DNA from: an uncultured Spirochaetaceae bacterium
GTDB lineage: Bacteria > Spirochaetota > Spirochaetia > DSM-27196 > PWMO01
Direction of reading: 5' to 3'
DNA length: 52,376 bases
Assembly (NCBI GenBank): GCA_964413945.1
Contig: CAYPUT010000001.1
Location: 1 to 52,376, forward strand
Shown here one piece after another: positions 8,095-16,127 of the stretch. The number at the start of each line of letters is the position of its first letter. Within the stretch, counting starts at the first letter, position 1. Below the pieces are notes generated by a model. The model made no database searches. It had not been told where the DNA came from and saw only the letters and a program-made list of their open reading frames with translations. Made by a program: the position numbers and the translations under genes.

Positions 8095-9150
8095 TTGGCA
8101 ACAATTCCGATCTCTAAGCCCTTTATCCGCCGTAAGGATATGGACGCGGTTCTCTCCTGTCTGGTCAACGACGAGATAGGCCCGGGGAAGGCGTCGGCTC
8201 GCCTGGAGAAAGAGGTTAGCTCGCTGTTGAAAGGGCGCTACGCCCTTGCGCTCCGGGAGTACACCCGGGCGGTGGAAATCGCGATCCGGGCCCTCGAGCT
8301 TTCGGAAGGGGCGACCATCGCCGTCCCGGCCCTCTGCCACCCCGTGTACGCCCTGGTTGCCCGATCCCTCGGGTACGGTGTCGCCGTGGTAGATGCCGAG
8401 GCGGACACGCCGGTAGTGGCTCCCGGCGCCCTGGAAGCCTTGGTGGCTGCCGAGGGAACTTCCGAGGCGCCGGCCGTCGGGGCCGTCGTCGTCGACACGC
8501 CGCTGGGTTTGGTGCCGGACCTTCCGGCGATACTTTCCCTGGGCGTTCCGGTTATCGAAGACGTGTCGACGGGGTTCGGAGCCACCTTGGAGGAGCAGCT
8601 TGCCGGGAGCTTCGGCCAGGTAACCGTTATCGGTCTCGAGGCGAGCCATATCCTTACCGCCGCGGGGGGCGCGATCGTCGTGTTTCGGGACCGGCAGGTC
8701 GCGACGAAGGCCAAAGAGCTCGCCGTCGGTCTGCTCCCCGAGAGCCGTCTCTCGGATTTGAACGCCGCTCTCGGAATTACCCAGTTAGCAGAGCTGCAGA
8801 AGCAGCTGACCCGCCGGGAGGAGCTCGCCGAGCGTTTTTCCCGGGCTCTGGGGCGGGGGCGCCATTCCACACCGGCGCAACCGGAGACGGCAAGCCCGGT
8901 CTGGCCGGTTTTTTCCGTAATTCTCGAGGGAAGCGTGAAGGACGCGGCAACCTACGCCCGTAAGTATGGGGTGGAGACCGAGAGTAGTTTTTCCGGGTCC
9001 TACCTCGCGGGGCATGCCACCGCCGAAGAGGCCGCCTCGGTTATTCGGGCTCAGGGGTTTCTGCTGCGGACCTTGAGTTTTCCGCTCTACCCCCGCCTGG
9101 GAAAGGAACAGGTGACGACGATCGAGCGGGTTTTGGCGACGCTACCCTAA
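8095..9150 (+). CDS. DegT/DnrJ/EryC1/StrS aminotransferase-like protein (PLP lysine apparently absent)
   Basis: 351-aa ORF with a TTG start. The N-terminus ISKPFIRRKDMDAVLSCL and the EDVSTGFGA...GSFGQVTVIGLEASHILTAAGGAIVVF block follow the DegT-family layout. Confidence 0.65.
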   Translation: MATIPISKPFIRRKDMDAVLSCLVNDEIGPGKASARLEKEVSSLLKGRYALALREYTRAVEIAIRALELSEGATIAVPALCHPVYALVARSLGYGVAVVDAEADTPVVAPGALEALVAAEGTSEAPAVGAVVVDTPLGLVPDLPAILSLGVPVIEDVSTGFGATLEEQLAGSFGQVTVIGLEASHILTAAGGAIVVFRDRQVATKAKELAVGLLPESRLSDLNAALGITQLAELQKQLTRREELAERFSRALGRGRHSTPAQPETASPVWPVFSVILEGSVKDAATYARKYGVETESSFSGSYLAGHATAEEAASVIRAQGFLLRTLSFPLYPRLGKEQVTTIERVLATLP

Positions 9151-9189
9151 GCTTTACTTCCCTTCGGGCCCCCGGCTATAGTGCGAAAG

Positions 9190-10044
9190 ATGAGACTGAC
9201 CATACGTCATGTCCTGGTAATAGCGAATACCGAGAAACCTCACGCCGACGCCCTCGCGGAGGAGGTGCGGATCTACCTGGAGGAGCAGGGCATCGACGTC
9301 GTGGTCTTCCGCTACTCCGGGAACGCGGCCCAGCCGGCCCTCAAAGACTACGATCTCGCGATCTCCCTCGGGGGCGACGGAACCGTCCTCTTTAGCTCCC
9401 GGATTCTCTCCTCCCGGAGCATTCCCATTCTTCCGGTGAATCTCGGGGACTTCGGATTTATCACCGAGGTTATCCAAGAGGAGTGGAAAGACGCCTTCGA
9501 GCAGTACCGGAGCGGCGTAATAGAGGCGGAGCGACGGCTCTTGGTCTCCGTCACCCATATTCGGGGAGGGCGGGAGATAGGAAAGTACATCGGGCTAAAC
9601 GACGCGGTCATTTCGTCCGCCGGGATAGCCAAAATTGTCCGACTTTCGGTTCGTCTTTCGGAAACCTTCGTGGCCCGATATAGAGCCGACGGTATTATCG
9701 TCGCGACGCCGACGGGTTCGACGGCGTATTCCGCCGCTGCCGGGGGGCCGATTCTCCATCCGGGCATGGAAGCGATGATCATCAACCCCATTTCTCCCTT
9801 TACCCTCTCCCATCGTCCCCTGGTCGTTCCGGCGGAAGAGCAGATCGATATCGAGATAGACGAGTATCAACGAACGTCACTGGTTTTGACCGTGGACGGG
9901 CAGGCCCAGATTCCCGTTCTCCCCCTGGACCGCATCGCCGTTCGGGCTTCGGTTGAGCGTGCCCGGATTCTACGCTCCGAGAAGCGCACATTCTACGACG
10001 TGTTGCGGAGTAAGCTGAACTGGTCCGGGGGTCCCGATGCTTGA
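9190..10044 (+). CDS. nadK: NAD kinase
   Basis: GGDGTVL, NDAVI and DGIIVATPTGSTAYSAAAGGPI motifs are present. The ORF track starts at GTG 9181. I prefer ATG 9190 because 9177-9182 reads TATAGT, which is -10-like. Confidence 0.9.
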   Translation: MRLTIRHVLVIANTEKPHADALAEEVRIYLEEQGIDVVVFRYSGNAAQPALKDYDLAISLGGDGTVLFSSRILSSRSIPILPVNLGDFGFITEVIQEEWKDAFEQYRSGVIEAERRLLVSVTHIRGGREIGKYIGLNDAVISSAGIAKIVRLSVRLSETFVARYRADGIIVATPTGSTAYSAAAGGPILHPGMEAMIINPISPFTLSHRPLVVPAEEQIDIEIDEYQRTSLVLTVDGQAQIPVLPLDRIAVRASVERARILRSEKRTFYDVLRSKLNWSGGPDA

Positions 10045-11734
10045 GGAGCTCACCGTCCAGAATATCGCGCTGGTCGATCGGCTGTCGATCCGCTTTTCCG
10101 ATGGTCTCAATATTCTTACCGGGGAGACCGGCGCCGGAAAGTCGGTTCTCGCCGGGGCTCTCGGGCTTCTCCACGGCGCCAAGGCGGAAACGAGCCTGAT
10201 TCGCTCCGGGACGGAAGAAGCCGTTGTCTCGGGCTTCTTCGGAATCGAAGAGGACGGCGAGGCGCGCCGGTGGCTGAGAGAAAAGGATATCGAGGTGGAG
10301 GAGGGGGGGATTCTGATCCGCCGGACGATCCGCCGAACCGGCCGGGGCGCCATCTACATCCAGTCGACACCCTGCACCCGCTCCCAATTGGAAGAGTTCA
10401 CGAGTCTGATCCTCGATCTCCACGGTCAGCACGAGCACCAGTCCCTCCTCGTCGAGGCGAACCACCGTCGTCTCTTGGACCGCTTCGGCGGTTACGAGGC
10501 CGAAGTCGAGTTCTTCTCCCGGGAGTTCTCCGAGCTCTCCCACCGGAAGAAGCATTACGAGAAGATGGTCGCCAGCGAGCGGGAGCGTCTCCGGGAGATG
10601 GACATCCTGCAATTTGCCGTAAACGAAATTGAGTCGGCGGCTCTCAAGGAGGGAGAGGAGGAGGAGCTGGATCAGGAGCGGCGACTCCTCTCTCAGCACG
10701 AAAAACTCTTCTCCGCCCTCGAGGAGGCCTACAACGCCCTGGCGGAGAACCGGGGAGGAGCCCTCGGACCTCTGCGGGGGGCCCGCCACAGCCTCGAGGG
10801 CGCCACGGGTATCGATCCCAAACTGGTTCCCCTGGCTCAGCGTCTCGACGAGTCGTTCTTCGAGCTCGACGACGTGGCCCAGGAGATTCGCAGCTACACC
10901 GATTCGGTCCGTTTTAGCCCGACGCGCCTCGAGGAGGTCGAGGACCGCCTCGCCCTCATACATCGACTCGAGAAGAAGTACGGAAGCACTATCGCCGAGC
11001 TCTTGGCCTACCTCGCCGAGTCGAAAGAGCAGCTCGCAAGCTTCGAAACCTGGGAAGACGACAAGGGAAAGCTCGAGGCGGAGATCGCCGAAGGCGAGCG
11101 GAAGGTTCTTGCGAAGGCCAAGACCATCTCCGAGAAACGAAAGGCCGCGTCGGCGAACCTCTCCCGGGAGATCGAGTCCATTCTCCGCCACCTGGGTATG
11201 ACCAAAACCACCTTTTCGGTCTCCGTCACGACGAAAACCGGCGCCTCGGGGAAGGCTGCTTGCGGACCCTACGGCACCGACGACGTGGCCTTCCTTATCT
11301 CTCCGAACGCCGGGGAGCCGTTGAAGTCTCTGACCGCGATAGCCAGCGGGGGAGAGATCTCCCGGGTCATGCTCGCGATCAAGACGGTGTTGGCCCAGAG
11401 CGACGACGTGTCGACCCTGCTCTTCGACGAGATCGACGCCGGAATCGGCGGTGAGGTCGCCTTGGCGGTGGGAAAGCACCTTCGAGAGTTGTCGAGATAC
11501 AAGCAGGTCCTCTGTATTACCCACCTTGCATCGATAGCGGTTCGCGCCGATAATCACATACGAGTCGAAAAGGCTCTCAAGGGGGACCGGACGGTCACCA
11601 CGGTATCTCACGTTTCCGGGGATCTTCGCGTTGAGGAGATAGCTCGGATGCTCGCCGGCGACAAGAGCGGAAAGACTTCGCGAGTCCACGCGGAAGAGTT
11701 GCTGGCAAAGTACGGGAATAATGGGGAAGATTAG
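10037..11734 (+). CDS. recN: DNA repair protein RecN
   Basis: 565-aa ORF. It has an N-terminal Walker A (LTGETGAGKSVL), a long coiled-coil middle, and C-terminal ASGGEISRVMLA plus LLFDEIDAGIGG (SMC signature / Walker B). It overlaps the nadK stop by 8 nt. Confidence 0.95.
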   Translation: MLEELTVQNIALVDRLSIRFSDGLNILTGETGAGKSVLAGALGLLHGAKAETSLIRSGTEEAVVSGFFGIEEDGEARRWLREKDIEVEEGGILIRRTIRRTGRGAIYIQSTPCTRSQLEEFTSLILDLHGQHEHQSLLVEANHRRLLDRFGGYEAEVEFFSREFSELSHRKKHYEKMVASERERLREMDILQFAVNEIESAALKEGEEEELDQERRLLSQHEKLFSALEEAYNALAENRGGALGPLRGARHSLEGATGIDPKLVPLAQRLDESFFELDDVAQEIRSYTDSVRFSPTRLEEVEDRLALIHRLEKKYGSTIAELLAYLAESKEQLASFETWEDDKGKLEAEIAEGERKVLAKAKTISEKRKAASANLSREIESILRHLGMTKTTFSVSVTTKTGASGKAACGPYGTDDVAFLISPNAGEPLKSLTAIASGGEISRVMLAIKTVLAQSDDVSTLLFDEIDAGIGGEVALAVGKHLRELSRYKQVLCITHLASIAVRADNHIRVEKALKGDRTVTTVSHVSGDLRVEEIARMLAGDKSGKTSRVHAEELLAKYGNNGED

Positions 11735-12539
11735 CGCAGAAGCCAAGAAACGCTACTTCGACAAGATCAAAGAATACAAGTCCGCTACCGACCAAATTCT
11801 CTCCCGAGAGCAGACCATTGCGACGTCTATCAGCGGCGGTACCGATCAGGGAGCTTACAAACGGCTGACCCTTGCCGACGAACGCTCCAATTTGGCTTCC
11901 TACTTTCTCTTGATGAACCGCCTCTCCTTGGCCCTCCTCGGTGTCAAGAACGAAGCCTTTCTCAACGACGCCCGGAAAAGCTGCTATCAGAGCATTATCT
12001 ACCTCGAAGAGGTGGTTACCAACTACATAGACGCCCCCTTTTCGGACTACAGCGACTACCTCGAGCAGATCGGGGAGGTAGACGACGAGGAGCGGTACGA
12101 CCTTGTACGGAAGATCGGTTTTACCATTCAATCGGTGGAAGACGGCTTCGGAGACAACTCAAAGTGGCGCTGGTCCTTCGTCGAGCTCGAAGGGCGCTTC
12201 GCGACGGTGGCGAAAAACCTTCTGAATCTAAAGACCTTGGTCGCGGGGCTCGATCCCCGGGTCGACGGCTACGAGGCGCGCCTCGGCCATCTGGAGCTTA
12301 CGAAGCGCCTTCTTCAGAAATCCGCCGACCGCTACCGGGAGAAGTACGAGCTCTCCACGGAGCGCATTGACGACTTCAAGGTCGCTATCGCCTATCTCGC
12401 CGCGCTTCGCCGGCTCCACATGCTCCTCGGGGAACCGCACCCGGCGGAACTGGTCAAGAAAAAGTTTGACGTCTGGAAGCAGAAGATGGAGACCGACGAG
12501 CGGAAGGCGGAGGAACGACGGGGAGCCTCCTCGGCATGA
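11721..12539 (+). CDS. Hypothetical protein (predicted all-helical, cytoplasmic)
   Basis: 272-aa ORF overlapping the recN stop, with coding-like composition. No motif I recognise. Confidence 0.55.
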   Translation: MGKISAEAKKRYFDKIKEYKSATDQILSREQTIATSISGGTDQGAYKRLTLADERSNLASYFLLMNRLSLALLGVKNEAFLNDARKSCYQSIIYLEEVVTNYIDAPFSDYSDYLEQIGEVDDEERYDLVRKIGFTIQSVEDGFGDNSKWRWSFVELEGRFATVAKNLLNLKTLVAGLDPRVDGYEARLGHLELTKRLLQKSADRYREKYELSTERIDDFKVAIAYLAALRRLHMLLGEPHPAELVKKKFDVWKQKMETDERKAEERRGASSA

Positions 12540-13600
12540 GGAAAGAAGCGGCGCTCCGGCGCGCCCGGGGTTTTCTTCTCGTACTCGGCCTGTCTTTCTT
12601 CTACATAGTGATTTTTGCCCGATCCGCCGAGGAAGAGCTTCTCGTCCGGCCGCTCTGGAGTCTCGATGTTAACGACTCCTCGATCAGCGCCGGCGTCGAT
12701 AAGGGAATACCCTTCCGTCTCGGGTCGCTCATCGGCTATTTCGCTTCCGACGGCCGGTTGGTGTTTCGGGAGCAGATAATACACGACGCGGCGCTCTTCG
12801 AAGAGAGCTTCGTCAACTACTCGAGCGTCTCCGAGACGGCGGTTCTCCGGGATTCCGACGGGCGGGTAGTCCGTTCGATCAACGAACCGGGGTACCCCCT
12901 CGGGCTCGGGGAACGGCTCTACATTCTTCATCCCGACGGTGGCGGGCTTTCGGAGTGGGGCGCCGACGGCGAGGCGCTCTGGTCCCGGAAGCTTCCCTCC
13001 CTTGTTACCGACGTTGCCGCGGGGGATTCCATGACCGCCGTCGGGTTGATCAGCGGAGAAATCATGCTTCTCGACGCCGAAGGGGCCGAAGCCGCCCGAT
13101 ACCGAACCCTCGGAAGCCGGATACCGGTGGTATACGGGGTTTCGATGAACGAGGCTGCCGGGACCATCGCGGCGGTGGTCGGGGTAGATCCGCAACGGTT
13201 GCTCTTTCTCAATTTTCGGGACGGACAACTCACACCGGGTGTTCAAGGGGATTTGACCTCTCACTTCCGGCGGCCCGTATTCCTGAAATTTCTCTCTGAG
13301 TACGGATTGGCCGCCGTCGAGACGCCGAACGGTGTCAGCTTCGTGAGTCCCGGGAGCGGGCGATCCTGGCCGTTGGAAGGCGCGGGGACCCTCTCCGGCT
13401 TTTCGGCCCGCCCGGGGCAAATGGTTCTTCTCTCTACGGAATCAGAAGGGCGACAGTCGATCCGCGCCGTGGTTCCCCCGGGGCGTTTGGTTTTCCGCTT
13501 ATCGGTCGAGGCGGAGTCGGTTTTCCTGGATGTCCGGGATTGGGTCAGCTATCTGGGTATCGAAGACCATATACTTTCGATTGCCCTGGAGCGCGGATAA
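12536..13600 (+). CDS. Hypothetical membrane-anchored protein (N-terminal TM helix, beta-rich, possibly propeller-like ectodomain)
   Basis: 354-aa ORF with an ATGA overlap with the upstream gene. The N-terminus FLLVLGLSFFYIVIFA is a single hydrophobic anchor. The rest is rich in short beta-like segments with D/G turns. Confidence 0.55.
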   Translation: MRKEAALRRARGFLLVLGLSFFYIVIFARSAEEELLVRPLWSLDVNDSSISAGVDKGIPFRLGSLIGYFASDGRLVFREQIIHDAALFEESFVNYSSVSETAVLRDSDGRVVRSINEPGYPLGLGERLYILHPDGGGLSEWGADGEALWSRKLPSLVTDVAAGDSMTAVGLISGEIMLLDAEGAEAARYRTLGSRIPVVYGVSMNEAAGTIAAVVGVDPQRLLFLNFRDGQLTPGVQGDLTSHFRRPVFLKFLSEYGLAAVETPNGVSFVSPGSGRSWPLEGAGTLSGFSARPGQMVLLSTESEGRQSIRAVVPPGRLVFRLSVEAESVFLDVRDWVSYLGIEDHILSIALERG

Positions 13601-14484
13601 TGAAGAATCCTCTAAAGCGGCTTTTACTCGCCGGTCTGCTGGTTTTCTCCCTCTCAGGGTCGCTCTCGGCCTGGGATTGGCCGGTGGAGAGCCCCATAAT
13701 CGCTGTGAGCTTCGCCCAGGTGGTCGCCGGGGACTACAGCCGGCGGCTCGATCTCGGCTCCCCGACGGACGAGGTTACGGCGGCCCACGACGGTGAGATT
13801 ATCTTCCGGCGCGGTGCCGGCCGGCCCTTTCACGCGGTCCCCGGCGTGCTGGGAAACGTTGTCGTCTTGGACCACGGACAGGGGTTCCGGAGCGTCTACG
13901 CGCACCTCGGCGAGGTTTCTATTGCCGATGATCCTGCTACCGTGTCCGAGGGGCAACCGATTGGAGCTCTCGGGGGCTCCGGTTACTCCTCGGGTGATTT
14001 TCTCGGTTTCTACGTCGAGGACCGGGAGCTCTCCTCCTTTGTTAACCCCTTGGTCCTGTTGCCGGAGAGAGAGGACAGGCTGCCGCCTGTTATCGGAGAG
14101 GTGATCATAGAGTCTCAAGGGGGACGGGAAGTCGTTACGCCCGCCCTCCAGTTGTCTCCGGGACGGGTCTCTCTTTTCGCCAACGTATACGACCCGAATC
14201 CCGGGTCTTCCTTTCCCGCTCCCCTGCCGCCGTATCTGGTCCGGGCTTTCGTCGACGGACGGCAGGTCTTCGACCTTGCCCTCGAGAGCATTCGAGTTCG
14301 GGAGGGGCGTCTGATCGCCGGAAGCGACTATACGCTTCCTCTTCCGCCACGGCCGGGTCAGGAGCTTCCCCTCGGGGAAACCACGCTTCTTACCGGAACC
14401 TCGGTCATAGAGATCGTCGCCGAAGATTACGCAGGAAACCGAGCGGTGCGATCCGTCGAAATCCAGGTGCGGACGGCTCCTTGA
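13600..14484 (+). CDS. Secreted LytM/M23-domain protein with degenerate active site (EnvC/NlpD-like)
   Basis: The start at ATG 13600 shares one nt with the upstream TAA. Signal peptide is MKNPLKRLLLAGLLVFSLSGSLSA. The M23 core reads GNVVVLDHGQGFRSVYAHL...EGQPIGALGGSGYSSGDFLGFYVE. Confidence 0.7.
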   Translation: MKNPLKRLLLAGLLVFSLSGSLSAWDWPVESPIIAVSFAQVVAGDYSRRLDLGSPTDEVTAAHDGEIIFRRGAGRPFHAVPGVLGNVVVLDHGQGFRSVYAHLGEVSIADDPATVSEGQPIGALGGSGYSSGDFLGFYVEDRELSSFVNPLVLLPEREDRLPPVIGEVIIESQGGREVVTPALQLSPGRVSLFANVYDPNPGSSFPAPLPPYLVRAFVDGRQVFDLALESIRVREGRLIAGSDYTLPLPPRPGQELPLGETTLLTGTSVIEIVAEDYAGNRAVRSVEIQVRTAP

Positions 14485-15344
14485 AGACGTTCTCCAAGTC
14501 TCCCGCCGGCCGGGAGCGTCAGTTCGTGGTCCCCTGCGCGGTCTGCGGATCCCGGGACTACCGTCCATACTGGCACTTCCCCGACCATGTCTACGTCCGT
14601 TGCCGCCGGTGCGGACACGTGTTCCAACAGCCCATGCCGGTGTCGGAGGACCTCTCTCTGCGGTACGACGACGAGTACTTCCGCTACGAGCTGGAGAACG
14701 CCGAGATCTTTTTCGAGTTGATGCGCCTCGGCCTCGAGGATATCGACTTTTCCTTCGATCCCTCGAAGGCTCCGACGCCCCGGGTTCTCGATATCGGCTG
14801 CGCGACCGGGCGGCTCCTCGAAGAGTTCAAGAAAGCGGGATGGGAGCCGGCAGGTGTCGAGGTGTGCGAGCCGGCGGCGGAATATGCCCGCCGGAACCGG
14901 GGAGTCGAGGTTTTCGTCGGTACCCTCGAAGAGTCCCGGTTCCCCGAGGGGCATTTCGGAGTTGTCCATACTTCTCACGTCATCGAGCACATAGCCGACG
15001 CCCGGGGTTTCGTCCAAGAGATCTACCGCGTCTTGGCCCCTGGAGGTCGACTGGTTATCGTCACCCCGGACCGGGGTGGGTTTCAAGCCCGTCTCTTCGG
15101 TTCACGATGGCGGAGCGTCATACCCGACCACGTCCATCTCTTTACCGCCAAGGGCCTTGGACGCCTCCTGGCGGACGTCGGGTTTGACGTTCTTCGAAAG
15201 GTCAGTTGGGGAGGGCTGGCCCGGGGTGCCGCCCCGGAATGGATAAAGCGCCCGATGGACCGCATCGCGAAGAAGGCAAACGTCGGCGATGTCATGCTCC
15301 TCTCGGCGGTCCGCCCGCCAAAGACTCCGAACGCCGGTTATTGA
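14481..15344 (+). CDS. Class I SAM-dependent methyltransferase with N-terminal Cys4 zinc ribbon
   Basis: CAVCGS...CRRCGH pairs are followed by the SAM motif I VLDIGCATGRLL and LAPGGRLVIVTP. The TTG start overlaps the upstream TGA. Confidence 0.8.
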   Translation: MKTFSKSPAGRERQFVVPCAVCGSRDYRPYWHFPDHVYVRCRRCGHVFQQPMPVSEDLSLRYDDEYFRYELENAEIFFELMRLGLEDIDFSFDPSKAPTPRVLDIGCATGRLLEEFKKAGWEPAGVEVCEPAAEYARRNRGVEVFVGTLEESRFPEGHFGVVHTSHVIEHIADARGFVQEIYRVLAPGGRLVIVTPDRGGFQARLFGSRWRSVIPDHVHLFTAKGLGRLLADVGFDVLRKVSWGGLARGAAPEWIKRPMDRIAKKANVGDVMLLSAVRPPKTPNAGY

Positions 15345-15370
15345 CAGTTAGATCGGCCCCTGCCTACGAT
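15341..15370 (+). promoter_or_regulatory. Candidate sigma70-type promoter for the DUF4912-GH57 pair
   Basis: TTGACA (15341-15346, overlapping the methyltransferase stop), an 18-nt spacer, then TACGAT (15365-15370). A GGAGG Shine-Dalgarno and ATG 15398 follow downstream. Confidence 0.3.
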
Positions 15371-15397
15371 AGGCCATGGCAGGAATTGGAGGCACTG

Positions 15398-16117
15398 ATG
15401 AATCGCGAACGCTTGGAGGAGCTGAGCTTTGAAACACTCGTTCGCGTAGCGAACCAATACGATATAGAGGTTGATCCGTCTCTCTCACGGCTCGCACTTA
15501 TCGAGCAGGTGGTAGAAGCAATTATCGAGAGCCAGACGGAGCGCGAAGCGACTGACAACGATCAGACCAAGATTGAGCGCCACAAATACCGGATTATCGA
15601 TTCGGAAGAGCTCTACTACGATCCGGACGATACCTACGTGCTGCCGAAGAGTTACAATACGACCCGGGTCGTGCTGATGCTCCGGGATCCCGCCTGGGCC
15701 TTTGCCTATTGGGAGTTGGCAGACGCCCTCGTGGAGGGGCTCGAATCCCGGGTACACTTCGACGGGCTTGTTCTCCGGGTCGCAGAGCTCGATGCCTCGG
15801 GAGCCGTGGTCGACTCCTTCGACATTCCGGTACAGCTCTCGGATCTTCAGTGGTACATACATCTTCCGGAACGAAACACCCGCTACCGGGCAAGCCTGGT
15901 AAGTCGGGTCGACGGTAAGGAGGAGACACACGCCGCATCGGGAACGATAATGGTCCCGCCGGGGACCGTCGTGGAAGCAGCCGAAGAGACGAGCACCGAC
16001 CGTTCGGATCGAGTGCTCGCCTATTCGGGCTTGGATAGGCTCGGCGTGTCGACCTTCGGCAAGCGGATTCCTCAACGAATAATATCCTTGATCGACGAAA
16101 AGCTCCTCGGCGCCTGA
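15398..16117 (+). CDS. DUF4912-like protein (Rho_N-like N-terminus)
   Basis: I place the start at ATG 15398 behind a GGAATTGGAGG Shine-Dalgarno. The ORF-track start at 15206 would overlap the methyltransferase. LEELSFETLVRVANQYDI and VVLMLRDPAWAFAYWEL resemble DUF4912 proteins, which commonly precede GH57 genes. Confidence 0.6.
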   Translation: MNRERLEELSFETLVRVANQYDIEVDPSLSRLALIEQVVEAIIESQTEREATDNDQTKIERHKYRIIDSEELYYDPDDTYVLPKSYNTTRVVLMLRDPAWAFAYWELADALVEGLESRVHFDGLVLRVAELDASGAVVDSFDIPVQLSDLQWYIHLPERNTRYRASLVSRVDGKEETHAASGTIMVPPGTVVEAAEETSTDRSDRVLAYSGLDRLGVSTFGKRIPQRIISLIDEKLLGA

Positions 16118-16127
16118 CGGTACGCGT

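Noticed and set aside
9800-11746. A 648-aa minus-strand ORF. Other long antisense ORFs fall in the same class, for example 16524-17759, 20631-21749, 30659-31948, 37313-38560, 46553-47761, 48219-49795, 49996-51216 and 51376-52323.
   Set aside because: Each is fully antisense to a well-supported + strand gene (recN, GH57, mraY, hslU, fliI, fliY, fliP/Q/R, flhB, flhA). None has a Shine-Dalgarno or a recognisable domain, and the composition is low-complexity.
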